From: Nitrospirota bacterium
GTDB lineage: Bacteria; Nitrospirota; Thermodesulfovibrionia; UBA6902; JAJYJJ01
Reading direction: 5' to 3'
NCBI GenBank assembly: GCA_021789595.1
Contig: JAJYJJ010000013.1
Span: forward strand, 238 to 64,237
Length of the DNA: 64,000 nt
The translations under genes and the position numbers were made by a program. This document shows positions 49,088 through 59,049 of the stretch, piece by piece. The notes beneath the pieces are model-generated. The model had not been told where the DNA came from. It was given only the letters and a program-made list of their open reading frames with translations, and searched no databases. The number at the start of each line of letters is the position of its first letter. Position 1 is the first letter of the stretch.

Positions 49088-52000
49088 TTAAGCCTCCGAT
49101 TGGTTTTTCACTTCAGACATGACCCTTTGCCTTCCTTTTCCAATCGCTACAAAGCAGACTATCGCAAGGATTACAATAATGGCCCAGATGTGTAATGGCG
49201 GAAATACAAGCGCAAAGAAAGCGCGAAGAGAAGGATTAATAATTATAACGCCGGGGATAATTATCAGCGCGACTATAAAAAGTCGTTGCCAGTTAGTTAC
49301 GGGGCGTGCTAACAGTATGAGGATAGATAAGCCACAGCCTACCAGTGTGAGGGTAGCTGCTGTTCGAGCCAGGCTAATATTCATTGGTTCAATTTGGCGG
49401 GTAAGGGCATAAGCAATGAGCGTAGCACCAGCAGCAAATCCTCCGGCGGGGATAGCAAAACGCAATACGCGGGAGACAAAGCCGCGTTGAGCTCGGGTGG
49501 TATTGCGCGAGAGAGATAACAATAATGCGGGCGTGCCAACTGTTAGAAAGCCAATGAGTGTTAAATGCCGTGGTAAAAAAGGAAATGGAACCTGAGCGAC
49601 TCCCACTGACAGAGCCAGCGCAAACACATACATAGTTTTTGTAATGAATAGATTTGCAGTGCGTTCAATGTTGGCAATGACGCGACGACCTTCTGCGATA
49701 ACCATGGGGAGTATTGCGAAGTTATTAGAAAGGAGTATTAGTTGGGCAATAGCTCGGCTGGCTTTGGTTCCAGAACCCATAGCAATGCCAAAGTCTGCTT
49801 CCTTTATGGCCAATACATCATTAACACCATCACCAATCATAGCAACGACATGTTCTTCCCGCTGTAGGGCAGTAATAATGAGCCGTTTTTGCTCAGGCGT
49901 GACTCTTCCAAATACATTATATTTTTCTATCACAGCAGCAAGAGCAATAGGATCTGTGGGTAGAGTTCGTCCATCTTGGGATAACTCAGCGCCTATTACT
50001 CCTGCGGCAGTTGCAACAGCTGCTACTGTTTGAGGATTATCACCGGAAATAACCTTGACCGCCACACCTTGATCTTTGAAGTATTGTAGTGTCTGTTCTA
50101 CTTCCTTACGGAGATGTTCACCAAGTATGATAAGAGCGGCGGGCATTAATGTGGGCAGAGAAATAAGTTGGCTGCCGGGAGTGTAAGGAAGTTGATCTTT
50201 GGTATATGACAATGCAAGAACTCGTTTTCCTTTTTTGGCGTGTTGACTAATTTCAGACCATAGAGGGGAAGTGGGTTCAAGATGGGTAAGTGCAACCTCT
50301 GGTGCGCCAAGTACCCAGGTGCCATAGTTATCGAATATAACTGCGCTCCATTTTCTCGCTGAGGAAAATGGGATAGTACCCTTAATGCTCCAAACATCTC
50401 CTTGCGGCGGTGAACACGCGGCGGCGATGGCAATAAGGCTTGCGTTGGGATTTGGCTCTATTTTAGAAAAAACACCCAACACATCTTTTGGATTACATGG
50501 TGGCGTGCTTATGGTCGTTCCTATAATGTGATCAGTTGGAATAATGTTCTCCATAAACATTTTACCCTCGGTGAGTGTTCCGGTCTTATCAAGGCAAAGC
50601 ACATCTACTCGAGCGAGCATTTCAACAGCAGCGAGTTCCTGGATAAGTGCATTGCGTCGGGCAAGCCGGACTACAGCTACAGCCATAGCTACACTCGTAA
50701 GGAGAACCAATCCCTCCGGCACCATGCCCACGACCCCTGCGACTGAGCCTGCGATCGCATCACGCCAACCGTATTGCATATATAAAATTTGAGTAATAAA
50801 TAATAGTAGAGAAGTAGGGACAAGAAACCACGTGATATAACCAAGAAAGCGGTTAATTCCTTCGCGTAGTTCAGAGCGAGAGAGTTCAAATCTACGGGCA
50901 GCATTCGCCAGTCTGCGAGAATAGGCTTGCTCTCCCACGCGAACGGCTTGAATTCGGCAACTCCCGGCTATGACAAAACTGCCGGAATAGATTTCATCGT
51001 CAACATCCTTTACAACTGGCTCGGACTCACCGGTGAGGAATGACTCATCTACCTCCACATTGTTTGAGCGTAACACTACTCCATCAACTGGAACTTGATC
51101 GCCCATACGCAGTTCAATCACATCATCAATGACAATCTGATCTACTGTTACTTCCTGTACCGAATCAGAGCGTACTACTCGCTCTTTGGTAGCCGTGATG
51201 AGCACAAGGCGATCCAAAGTCCATTTGGCGCGTAATTCCTGTATAATTCCGATTGCTATGTTAAAAATGATAACAATACCAAAGAGCGCATCCTGAACGG
51301 GACCGATCAAGAGTATAACAATTAACAGACTGCCCAGTAAGGCATTGAACCTCGTAAAGATATTCTCTTTGAGTATTTGGACAAAACTCCGGCTGGCCCG
51401 CTGTTTCGTGATATTGACTTGCCCGCTATCTATACGTTCCCTTACTTGTTCCTCACTCAAGCCGCCGGGTCCCGGTATAAACTGTCGCGAAATAGGAAGT
51501 AGTGAAATTGGAGCAGAAATATCAATCTCTGAGGGAACATAACTTATCGGTAAAGAACCGGCTGAGAGGTAGGAAGCACCTCTGGTCTGCTCAATAACGG
51601 AGGCTGCGGTATATATGATGGATAACCACAAAGCAGCAAGCGCCCACCCTCCAAGTACATCTGTTGGCCAATGTACTCCAAGATACACGCGTGAGATCCC
51701 GATAAGAAAAACTAAGGTAATTGCTGTTGCCCAGACAATAACTTTGCCTTGCCAACGGCGAAGGGTCTTAGCAAGCAAATAGGCAATTGCGCCATAAATG
51801 GCTGATAAAGCCGTATGGCCGGAAGGAAAGGCGTATCCGGTGGCAGGAGCAGCCATCCACGCCTCCAGGGGTCGCGGTCGAGCAATAGCAATTTTAAAGA
51901 TAAAATCAAGAACGCCGGTGCCAGCCACTGTGGCTGCAAGCAGCACAAAAGGGCGCCAACTGTTTGTTTTATAGCGCAAAAAAAGACCGACTACTACCGC

Positions 52001-52537
52001 AAGTGATATGACAAACCATCCATTACCGAGAAATGTCAGATAGCGCATCACGGTAGTTAGCCAGCCAATTCGATGGGCTGCAATATGTGCGACAATAGGC
52101 GCATCGAAATATACTATTTCATCTTTGGCGACTACATCCTCCAGCACACCACCAAATGCCCAAATGCTTAAACCTATCGCAACCAATCCGATAGTGAATG
52201 ATAATCCGTAGGCGGCCCCCGGATTGAACCTGCGGACAAGAAATTCAATCCACCCTCGATAGCGCGTCTCTATGCGCGTTATCCCCGGACGGTTGCGCAA
52301 CCTATTAATTAAAGCTCTTAACTGATCGGGATGTGAAGCGATCCATCCTGCGCTTAAACCTCCAATTACAATTGCTATAGCGAGTAGGACCAATATGAGG
52401 TTAGAGACAAAAGCACTATAAGGCGTATCACGGATTGCGGATAGCAGTGAATCGATTTGAGCATTCAAAGACTGCCCAGAGAGAGAAGGATTACTAATTT
52501 CAATCTGATCGAGAATGTTAGTCAAGGTCAAAACCAT
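49088..52537 (-). CDS. Fusion protein: N-terminal PAP2 (acid phosphatase/LPP-like) membrane domain + P-type cation-transport ATPase
   Basis: First ~330 aa are multi-TM with the PAP2 motif PSGHTALSA. The rest is a P-type ATPase (CLDKTGTLTEGKM phosphorylation site, PEGL in TM4, MIGDGVNDVLAIKEADFGIAMG hinge). Codon usage differs from the flanking genes (CTG/CGC/GCG-rich). Confidence 0.8.
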   Translation of the reverse strand: MVLTLTNILDQIEISNPSLSGQSLNAQIDSLLSAIRDTPYSAFVSNLILVLLAIAIVIGGLSAGWIASHPDQLRALINRLRNRPGITRIETRYRGWIEFLVRRFNPGAAYGLSFTIGLVAIGLSIWAFGGVLEDVVAKDEIVYFDAPIVAHIAAHRIGWLTTVMRYLTFLGNGWFVISLAVVVGLFLRYKTNSWRPFVLLAATVAGTGVLDFIFKIAIARPRPLEAWMAAPATGYAFPSGHTALSAIYGAIAYLLAKTLRRWQGKVIVWATAITLVFLIGISRVYLGVHWPTDVLGGWALAALWLSIIYTAASVIEQTRGASYLSAGSLPISYVPSEIDISAPISLLPISRQFIPGPGGLSEEQVRERIDSGQVNITKQRASRSFVQILKENIFTRFNALLGSLLIVILLIGPVQDALFGIVIIFNIAIGIIQELRAKWTLDRLVLITATKERVVRSDSVQEVTVDQIVIDDVIELRMGDQVPVDGVVLRSNNVEVDESFLTGESEPVVKDVDDEIYSGSFVIAGSCRIQAVRVGEQAYSRRLANAARRFELSRSELREGINRFLGYITWFLVPTSLLLFITQILYMQYGWRDAIAGSVAGVVGMVPEGLVLLTSVAMAVAVVRLARRNALIQELAAVEMLARVDVLCLDKTGTLTEGKMFMENIIPTDHIIGTTISTPPCNPKDVLGVFSKIEPNPNASLIAIAAACSPPQGDVWSIKGTIPFSSARKWSAVIFDNYGTWVLGAPEVALTHLEPTSPLWSEISQHAKKGKRVLALSYTKDQLPYTPGSQLISLPTLMPAALIILGEHLRKEVEQTLQYFKDQGVAVKVISGDNPQTVAAVATAAGVIGAELSQDGRTLPTDPIALAAVIEKYNVFGRVTPEQKRLIITALQREEHVVAMIGDGVNDVLAIKEADFGIAMGSGTKASRAIAQLILLSNNFAILPMVIAEGRRVIANIERTANLFITKTMYVFALALSVGVAQVPFPFLPRHLTLIGFLTVGTPALLLSLSRNTTRAQRGFVSRVLRFAIPAGGFAAGATLIAYALTRQIEPMNISLARTAATLTLVGCGLSILILLARPVTNWQRLFIVALIIIPGVIIINPSLRAFFALVFPPLHIWAIIVILAIVCFVAIGKGRQRVMSEVKNQSEA

Positions 52538-52666
52538 AATAGTATGCTCACTCCTTACTATAGGGTTAAATAATTATACACTGCATAAAAATTCTTTCTA
52601 TGAAATTGCAAATCGTCAAGCCTTATTTTAAAGCACCCCTACTAACTTGCAAGTGAACACACACGA

Positions 52667-53218
52667 TCACACTTTTCCATCTTTTTTTTCAAAACTGCCG
52701 TATCTGAGCGCCAGTGTCGGCAGCACAAGGAGGTTTAAGACAGTTGAGGTCGTAAGGCCGCCGAGGATCACTATTGCCATGGGTCCTTCAATCTCACGGC
52801 CTGGCGCTCCGCTGCCGATGGCGAGTGGCAGCAGTCCAAGGGCAGTAACCAATGCTGTCATGAGGATTGGTGCAAGCCGTTCTGATGCGCCCCTGATGGC
52901 TGTTTCAAGCCCCCAATTCATCTCCTCAAGATATTGGATAAACCTGAATGCAGCTCCTTCCCATTTTACCTCTTCCTCTAAAGCCTCTGGATTATCAGGG
53001 CGTTCCCTCAAAATAACACGCAGGACATGGATTTTGTTGGCGAGGAACTGGTTGTCTTCTCTTTCAAGATTGCTTGTAAGGACATGATATAAAAAGACAG
53101 AGGCAATAAGAAGTATGCCGGACGCAGATAAAGCATACAGAAAGGTCAATCTCTGCGTGATTGACCACATTCTCCTTGAGGCTGATGCAGGCGTATTCTC
53201 AGCGCTCTTCGAGGACAT
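52667..53218 (-). pseudogene. Chimeric remnant: 5' part of a CusS/CopS-like sensor kinase gene fused in-frame to the 3' end of an HME-RND (CusA-like) pump gene
   Basis: N-terminal ~100 aa (…[25 protein letters not shown]…) match the sensor N-terminus that normally follows cusR with a start/stop overlap. The last ~80 aa ([56 protein letters not shown]) match the final TM helices of both full RND pumps in this window. Confidence 0.6.
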
Positions 53219-53870
53219 ATCCTACCCCGCGAATTGTATGGATTAATTTCTTTTCAAAAGGGTCGTCCAATTTTCTTCTGAGACGGCGGATGGCAACATC
53301 CACTACATTGGTGTCACTATCAAAGTTCATATCCCAGACCTGTTCAGCAATCAGAGTCCGTGACAGAACTTCGCCTGCCCGTTGCGTCATAAGTGACAGA
53401 AGGGCAAACTCCTTAGGGGTCAGGTCAAGGTGTTGTCCGCTTCTTATCGCTTTGTGCCGCAGAAGGTTGATCTCCAGGTCAGCAATCCTGAGTATTTCAG
53501 GTTGTCGGGTTGGACCCCGGCGGAGGATGGCACGCACCCGGGCAAGCAATTCAGAGAACGAGAAAGGCTTCACCAGATAGTCGTCTGCACCCAGTTCCAG
53601 CCCCATGACCCGATCACGAACCGAGTCACGTGCAGTCAGAAAAAGGACATGGGTTTGCTTTCCACGTTGCCTTATTTCGGCAATAATTGACCAGCCATCT
53701 CTTTCCGGGAGCATTACATCGAGGATAATAAGGTCGTATTCGCGGGTTGTGGCGAGAAAGAGACCTTCGTCTCCCTCGTGAGCGATATCCGCAACGAAGC
53801 CGCTTTCTGTCAGCCCTTTCCGGAGGTATACCGCTGTCTTTTGTTCATCTTCTATGATTAAAATACGCAT
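53199..53870 (-). CDS. cusR: OmpR-family heavy-metal response regulator (CusR/CopR-like)
   Basis: REC domain (ILIIEDEQK…[13 protein letters not shown]) and a winged-helix C-terminal domain (…[12 protein letters not shown]…[11 protein letters not shown]); proteobacterial-like codon usage. Confidence 0.8.
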   Translation of the reverse strand: MRILIIEDEQKTAVYLRKGLTESGFVADIAHEGDEGLFLATTREYDLIILDVMLPERDGWSIIAEIRQRGKQTHVLFLTARDSVRDRVMGLELGADDYLVKPFSFSELLARVRAILRRGPTRQPEILRIADLEINLLRHKAIRSGQHLDLTPKEFALLSLMTQRAGEVLSRTLIAEQVWDMNFDSDTNVVDVAIRRLRRKLDDPFEKKLIHTIRGVGYVLEER

Positions 53871-53873
53871 AAC

Positions 53874-55304
53874 CTAACTGGTAATTTTGTCTCCTTTAAG
53901 ATAAACATATACAGTAGTTCCATGTCCCACCCTGCTTTTTATCTCTATCCTGCCGCCGTGTAATTTAACAATTTCATCACATATGCTTAATCCCAATCCG
54001 ATACCGCCGCTCTCTCTTGAACGGGATTTATCAACACGATAAAAGCGGTCAAAGACCCTGTCTAAATCTCCTTCGGATATGCCGATTCCTGTATCTCTTA
54101 TCTCGGTCACAATAAAACCCGTTTCTTTTTTAATGGAAATATCTATTTTCCCTTGAGGAATATTATATTTTATGGCATTGTCTATGAGATTTGTGAAAAG
54201 TTCCAGCAATGCCGCCCTGTCTCCACGGATTACAGATTGTTCATTCCCGGAGATATTTATACTTATGCCCTTTTGTTCAGCAAGAGGGGTTAACAGTTTT
54301 ACTGCCTCATGGATGGTTTTGCCGATATTTATATCTTCGATCTTGAGTTCGACTTTATCAGAACTTAAGCGTACCAAGGTGAGGAGTTTCTGGACTATCT
54401 GTGACATCGTCTTTGCAGTATCTATAATGGCTGTAACGGCCTTTTTGTATTCTTCTGCAGTCCTTTCCCTTCTCAATGCAACCTCACCCTGAGTCAGGAT
54501 GACAGATAACGGCGTCCTGAGTTCATGGGATGCATCGGCAGTAAATTGTTTCTGGCGATTAAAGGCATTTTCAAGGCTGTCAAATGTGCGATTAAAGGAG
54601 GCTGCGAGGCCCTTCAATTCCGACGGGATGCTTTTTTCAGTTACCCTTTCTGAAAGATTAGATTCTGAAATCCTGTCAATGGTCTCAGAGATCTCCTTTA
54701 TGGGCGTAAGCGCCTTTTTTGCGATTAAGAAGCTGCCTGATGCAGAGATGATCATGATAAAAACAATGGAAAGGGAAAGGACAATACTATAGCTCTGAAT
54801 GAGGTCTATCCTGTCCTCTATATCCTCGGCACACTGGATAACGAGGCCGTGCCCTTTGTTTTTTACTGCAGAGGTTTTTTCTTTATTCCCATGCCTGTTG
54901 TCCTCAGGGACATAAAAATTGACGAGCCTTGTGGGTTCACCATTTAAAAAGATGGTCTTAAAACTTGTCTGGTCTTTTCCTGCTTGAAATGGAAGCTCAG
55001 AATCTCTCAAGGATGCTGATTTCTCAAGAGTGGTTCCATCAAAGCGGCGTATCTGAAAGAAGTTCTTTGATTTTGGCGAATTGTATTCCCACATGACATC
55101 ATCGGAAAATTTAAACTCCGTTTCGTTGTCGTTTTCAGTTACCAGGGTCGCCAATGCCTTTGCCCTTGACAGAAGGCCGGAGTCAATAGAGCTATAGACG
55201 ATCTTATGGAGGCTGAAATATAGAAATACCCCCAGTGCGGATAGTGTCAGGAACAGGACGACCATATAAAATGCTATAACCCTTGCCTTTATGGAAGAAA
55301 GCAT
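53874..55304 (-). CDS. Sensor histidine kinase (two TM + HAMP + HisKA + HATPase), OmpR-partner type
   Basis: H-box ADASHELRTPLSVI, N box NLIDNAIKYN, G boxes DTGIGI…GGIGLGLS; native-like codon usage. Confidence 0.8.
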   Translation of the reverse strand: MLSSIKARVIAFYMVVLFLTLSALGVFLYFSLHKIVYSSIDSGLLSRAKALATLVTENDNETEFKFSDDVMWEYNSPKSKNFFQIRRFDGTTLEKSASLRDSELPFQAGKDQTSFKTIFLNGEPTRLVNFYVPEDNRHGNKEKTSAVKNKGHGLVIQCAEDIEDRIDLIQSYSIVLSLSIVFIMIISASGSFLIAKKALTPIKEISETIDRISESNLSERVTEKSIPSELKGLAASFNRTFDSLENAFNRQKQFTADASHELRTPLSVILTQGEVALRRERTAEEYKKAVTAIIDTAKTMSQIVQKLLTLVRLSSDKVELKIEDINIGKTIHEAVKLLTPLAEQKGISINISGNEQSVIRGDRAALLELFTNLIDNAIKYNIPQGKIDISIKKETGFIVTEIRDTGIGISEGDLDRVFDRFYRVDKSRSRESGGIGLGLSICDEIVKLHGGRIEIKSRVGHGTTVYVYLKGDKITS

Positions 55305-55305
55305 C

Positions 55306-55974
55306 TTATCCCTTCAATATATATCCTGCACCGCGAACGGTAAGGATGAGCTTTTTATCGAATCCCCTGTCGATCTTGTTCCTGATACGGTTGATAAAGA
55401 CATCTATGACATTGCTGTCAAGGTCAAAATCCTGGTCATAGAGATGCTCTGTCAGCGATGTCCTGCTTAAAACCATATCTTTATTAATCGCCATATACTC
55501 AAGGAGGGCATATTCCCTTGGTGAAAGTAAAATTTGTTTTCCTCCTCTTTTTACCTCACGGGTAGCCATGTCAATGATAATGCCCCCTATCTCTATGACA
55601 GAGGTCTTAACCTCGGAATTCCTTCTCAGCAATGCCCTGATGCGTGCCAGGAGTTCTTCAAAGAGGAATGGCTTTGTCAGATAGTCATCGGCTCCGCTGT
55701 CCAAACCTGATACCTTGTCCATCAATGCATCCTTGGCTGTAAGCATGAGAACAGGGGTTTTAATCCCTGTCTTGCGGATCCTTTTCAGGATGGTCATTCC
55801 ATCAATAACAGGCAGCATTATATCAAGCATTATGAGGTCTGACGGCTCGTTTTCAGCCATAAAGAGACCATCCTCTCCGTTGTATGCTACATCCACTGCA
55901 TAGCCCTCTTCCTCAAGTCCCTTCTTTATTATGTCAGCCAAAGATTTTTCGTCTTCAACAATCAATATCCGCAT
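55306..55974 (-). CDS. OmpR-family response regulator
   Basis: REC domain (ILIVEDEKSL…LIMLDIMLPVIDG) plus winged-helix (LSPREYALLEYM…ILTVRGAGYIL); native-like codon usage. Confidence 0.85.
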   Translation of the reverse strand: MRILIVEDEKSLADIIKKGLEEEGYAVDVAYNGEDGLFMAENEPSDLIMLDIMLPVIDGMTILKRIRKTGIKTPVLMLTAKDALMDKVSGLDSGADDYLTKPFLFEELLARIRALLRRNSEVKTSVIEIGGIIIDMATREVKRGGKQILLSPREYALLEYMAINKDMVLSRTSLTEHLYDQDFDLDSNVIDVFINRIRNKIDRGFDKKLILTVRGAGYILKG

Positions 55975-55980
55975 ACAATA

Positions 55981-58900
55981 TCATCTGCCTTTATCCGGTT
56001 CATTTACAATACGTTCTCTTGAGGATAATAGATAATATAATGCTGGCATCACAACAAGTGCAAGCGGAATCTGGATCAGCAGCCCGGAAATAATTGCAAT
56101 TGCAAGGGGCTGCTGCATGGCGGCCCCCTGGCCTATGGCCAGAGCCAGCGGGAGCAGCGTAAGAATAGCCACAAAGGTGGTCATGACGATCGGCCGCATG
56201 CGGTTTTTCCCGGCCTCGATCAATGCCGGCAGCGTATCCATGGTTTCCGTAAGGTCTCCGTATTCCGAAAAATAAAATATTGCGACTTCGGTGACAATGC
56301 CGACTATCATAGTCATTCCCATCATGGCGGAAATATTGAGTTCGGTGCCGGTCAGCCATAAGCCGACAAATACCGCTGACAATGACAGCAGCGGGATTGT
56401 CATGATCGCCAGCACAACCTGAAAGCGTTCGTATAAAAACAAAAGCAGCAGGAAGACCAATGCGATGGCACCAACGAATACGGCAATGAGTCCTTTGAAG
56501 GCAATCTGCTGCTGTTTATACATCCCGCCCAATTCAAAGTATACGCCTTGCGGTATTAGGCCCGGACGCATCAGTGCCTGGCGTACTTCCTGGATGACAG
56601 ACCCCATATCACGCCCGCTAATGCGACCTGTGACTGCTATCATGGGTTTCAGGTTCTCACTGGTAATCTCCGGTTGTCCTGCGACAGGCAATACACTTGC
56701 TATACGCCGTAAAGGGAATAAATGTCCGTCAGGTGCGTGCATCAGTAAGTTCCCTATATCTGTGGTAGTGGTACGCAGATCATGTGGGATCCATACCCGG
56801 ACACCGACCATCTTGATCCCCTTCTGGATCTGCGTGGTTACCGAGCCGGTCAGATAGTCCTTCAGCGTATCTGTAACAGCCTCGGGGTCAACGCCCTCTA
56901 ATGCAGCCTTAATACGGTCAACTTTAATCTCCAGTGCATCCCCTGCTAAAACAATACCGTCACGCACATCCACTACACCATGGAGCTTGCTAATGGCAGC
57001 AGCTATACGAGGTGCCAGGGATCGCAGTTGTGAGGGATTATCCGAATAGAGCTTGATTTCAATAGGCTGCGGAACAGCAGTTAGATCGCCGATCAGGTCT
57101 TCCATGAGTTGTGCCAATTCAATCTTCACACCCGGCACATTATGCTCAATCTTACTGCGAATCTCATCCATAACCTTGTTAATCGGCCGCCGGGGCAGTG
57201 GTTTCAGACGAATAAAAAAATCGCTTGAGTTGGCTTCTGTCAGCCCTCCGCCAAGCTGCGTGCCTGTACGCCGCGAATAGGTCTGCACCTCAGGGGTAGC
57301 CTTGATAATCGCCTCTATCTGGCGCATCAAGCGGTCTGTCTCAGAAAGTGCGGTGCCTGGTGGTGTTAGGCAGTCCAGGATAAAGCCGCCTTCGTCCATC
57401 TTTGGCATAAAACCTGAACCAACCTGCCTGTAACCAATATACCCCAGCACCAGCAGGGGGATAATCCCTGTAAGGATTAAGGCAGGCTGTTTCAACACAC
57501 GCTGCATCATCCATGTATAAATACGGTGCACATGGGTTGTGAGCCTGCCTCCCTCTTTTTGTCCTGCATCTTTTTTGCCCAGCATATGGTCTGCCAAGAT
57601 GGGAACTGCCAGCAGTGTAATCAAATAAGAGAAGACCAGAGCCGCTGCCATGGTGAGCGAGAGCGCCTTGAAGAAGGCCCCTGTCACCCCGCTCAGGAAC
57701 GCCAGCGGTAAAAAGATAATGATGGTGGCAGAAGAAGAACCTACAAGCGGCCGGGCAAACTCACGCGCAGCAGCCATCACATGCCCCTCGTGGTCACCTT
57801 CGCCTGTGCGCAGGCGGCGCATGATGTGCTCGACCATTACAATGACATCATCAATGATCAGCCCCACAGCAGATGCCATACCGCCCAGCGTCATAATGTT
57901 GAAACTCATTTTCATCACATAGAGCAATAGTATTGTGGCCGCCAGTACCGTCGGCACTATGATAATGGCAATCAGGGTAATCTTGATATTGCGTAAAAAC
58001 AAAAACAGCACTACTGCTCCGAGGATTACACCTATAATGATTGCATCTCGCACACTGGATGCAGAAGCTATAATTAATTCGCTCTGGTCATACCAGGTGC
58101 TGATATTCACCCCTTTCGAAAGCTGTGGCTGAAAAGCCGCAAGCTTTGCCTTAATGTCATTGTCAATCTGAACGGTATTGCCGCCTAATTGCTGGTATAT
58201 ATTTATCAGCACAGCATCATGGCCGTCTGCAGTTACACGCAGCCACTGAGGCACGGTATCACGTTTTACAGTAGCTACATCTTCCAGACGGACTATGCCA
58301 TTGGTGCCGCTGCGCAATATGGTCTGACGAATCTGCTCAAGGCTGGTAAGGCGTGTATCCGACATTGACAGGTAGAGTTTGTAGTGATCCTCCATGCGCC
58401 CCACTGCTGTAATCACATTGGCCGCTGTGAGTGCTTTCGCTACATCGCTTAATGTCAATCCATAAGCCTGCAGACGCGCAGGATCCACTGTAACACGGTA
58501 TTCCCTTCGGGCACCACCAACAACCTGCACCCTGGAGACGCCGTTTACGCTGGACAGTAAAGGAACCAACTGGTATTTTGCTATATCATGCAATTCAACC
58601 AGAGAGTGGCTGTCAGAGGTCAGGCTGTAAGCCAGCACAGGAAATACTGTTGGATCCATACGTTTGACCTTGAATGTGGTTCCGGCAGGCAATTTGGGCA
58701 GTACCCGACTGACTGCCGATTCCACCTGCAGCATGGAAGATACCATGCCTGAACCCCAGTCAAAATTAACCGAGATTTCAGCGCTGCCGCGGCTGCTCGT
58801 TGACCGCACTGATTTCACACCAGGCACTGCACGAACAGCTTCCTCAACCGGCCGGGTGACCTGTAGCTCCATCAGCTCTGCTGCACGGTCTCCTGCATCC

Positions 58901-59049
58901 AGAGATACTACTACACGGGGGAAATCTACTTTCGGAAATAAGGCTACAGGAAGTTTGAAAGATACGGCCGCGCCTGCCACGGCAAGCATTAACACTACAA
59001 ATAGGATTGAGCGCCGGTGCGCCTGTGTCCAGAGGGTAAAAAGGCTCAT
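55981..59049 (-). CDS. cusA: Heavy-metal efflux RND permease (CusA/CzcA family), second copy
   Basis: 1022 aa RND transporter with HME-like N-terminal region. Strongly different codon usage (CGT/CGC/CTG/GCG-rich) from the first copy. Confidence 0.9.
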   Translation of the reverse strand: MSLFTLWTQAHRRSILFVVLMLAVAGAAVSFKLPVALFPKVDFPRVVVSLDAGDRAAELMELQVTRPVEEAVRAVPGVKSVRSTSSRGSAEISVNFDWGSGMVSSMLQVESAVSRVLPKLPAGTTFKVKRMDPTVFPVLAYSLTSDSHSLVELHDIAKYQLVPLLSSVNGVSRVQVVGGARREYRVTVDPARLQAYGLTLSDVAKALTAANVITAVGRMEDHYKLYLSMSDTRLTSLEQIRQTILRSGTNGIVRLEDVATVKRDTVPQWLRVTADGHDAVLINIYQQLGGNTVQIDNDIKAKLAAFQPQLSKGVNISTWYDQSELIIASASSVRDAIIIGVILGAVVLFLFLRNIKITLIAIIIVPTVLAATILLLYVMKMSFNIMTLGGMASAVGLIIDDVIVMVEHIMRRLRTGEGDHEGHVMAAAREFARPLVGSSSATIIIFLPLAFLSGVTGAFFKALSLTMAAALVFSYLITLLAVPILADHMLGKKDAGQKEGGRLTTHVHRIYTWMMQRVLKQPALILTGIIPLLVLGYIGYRQVGSGFMPKMDEGGFILDCLTPPGTALSETDRLMRQIEAIIKATPEVQTYSRRTGTQLGGGLTEANSSDFFIRLKPLPRRPINKVMDEIRSKIEHNVPGVKIELAQLMEDLIGDLTAVPQPIEIKLYSDNPSQLRSLAPRIAAAISKLHGVVDVRDGIVLAGDALEIKVDRIKAALEGVDPEAVTDTLKDYLTGSVTTQIQKGIKMVGVRVWIPHDLRTTTTDIGNLLMHAPDGHLFPLRRIASVLPVAGQPEITSENLKPMIAVTGRISGRDMGSVIQEVRQALMRPGLIPQGVYFELGGMYKQQQIAFKGLIAVFVGAIALVFLLLLFLYERFQVVLAIMTIPLLSLSAVFVGLWLTGTELNISAMMGMTMIVGIVTEVAIFYFSEYGDLTETMDTLPALIEAGKNRMRPIVMTTFVAILTLLPLALAIGQGAAMQQPLAIAIISGLLIQIPLALVVMPALYYLLSSRERIVNEPDKGR

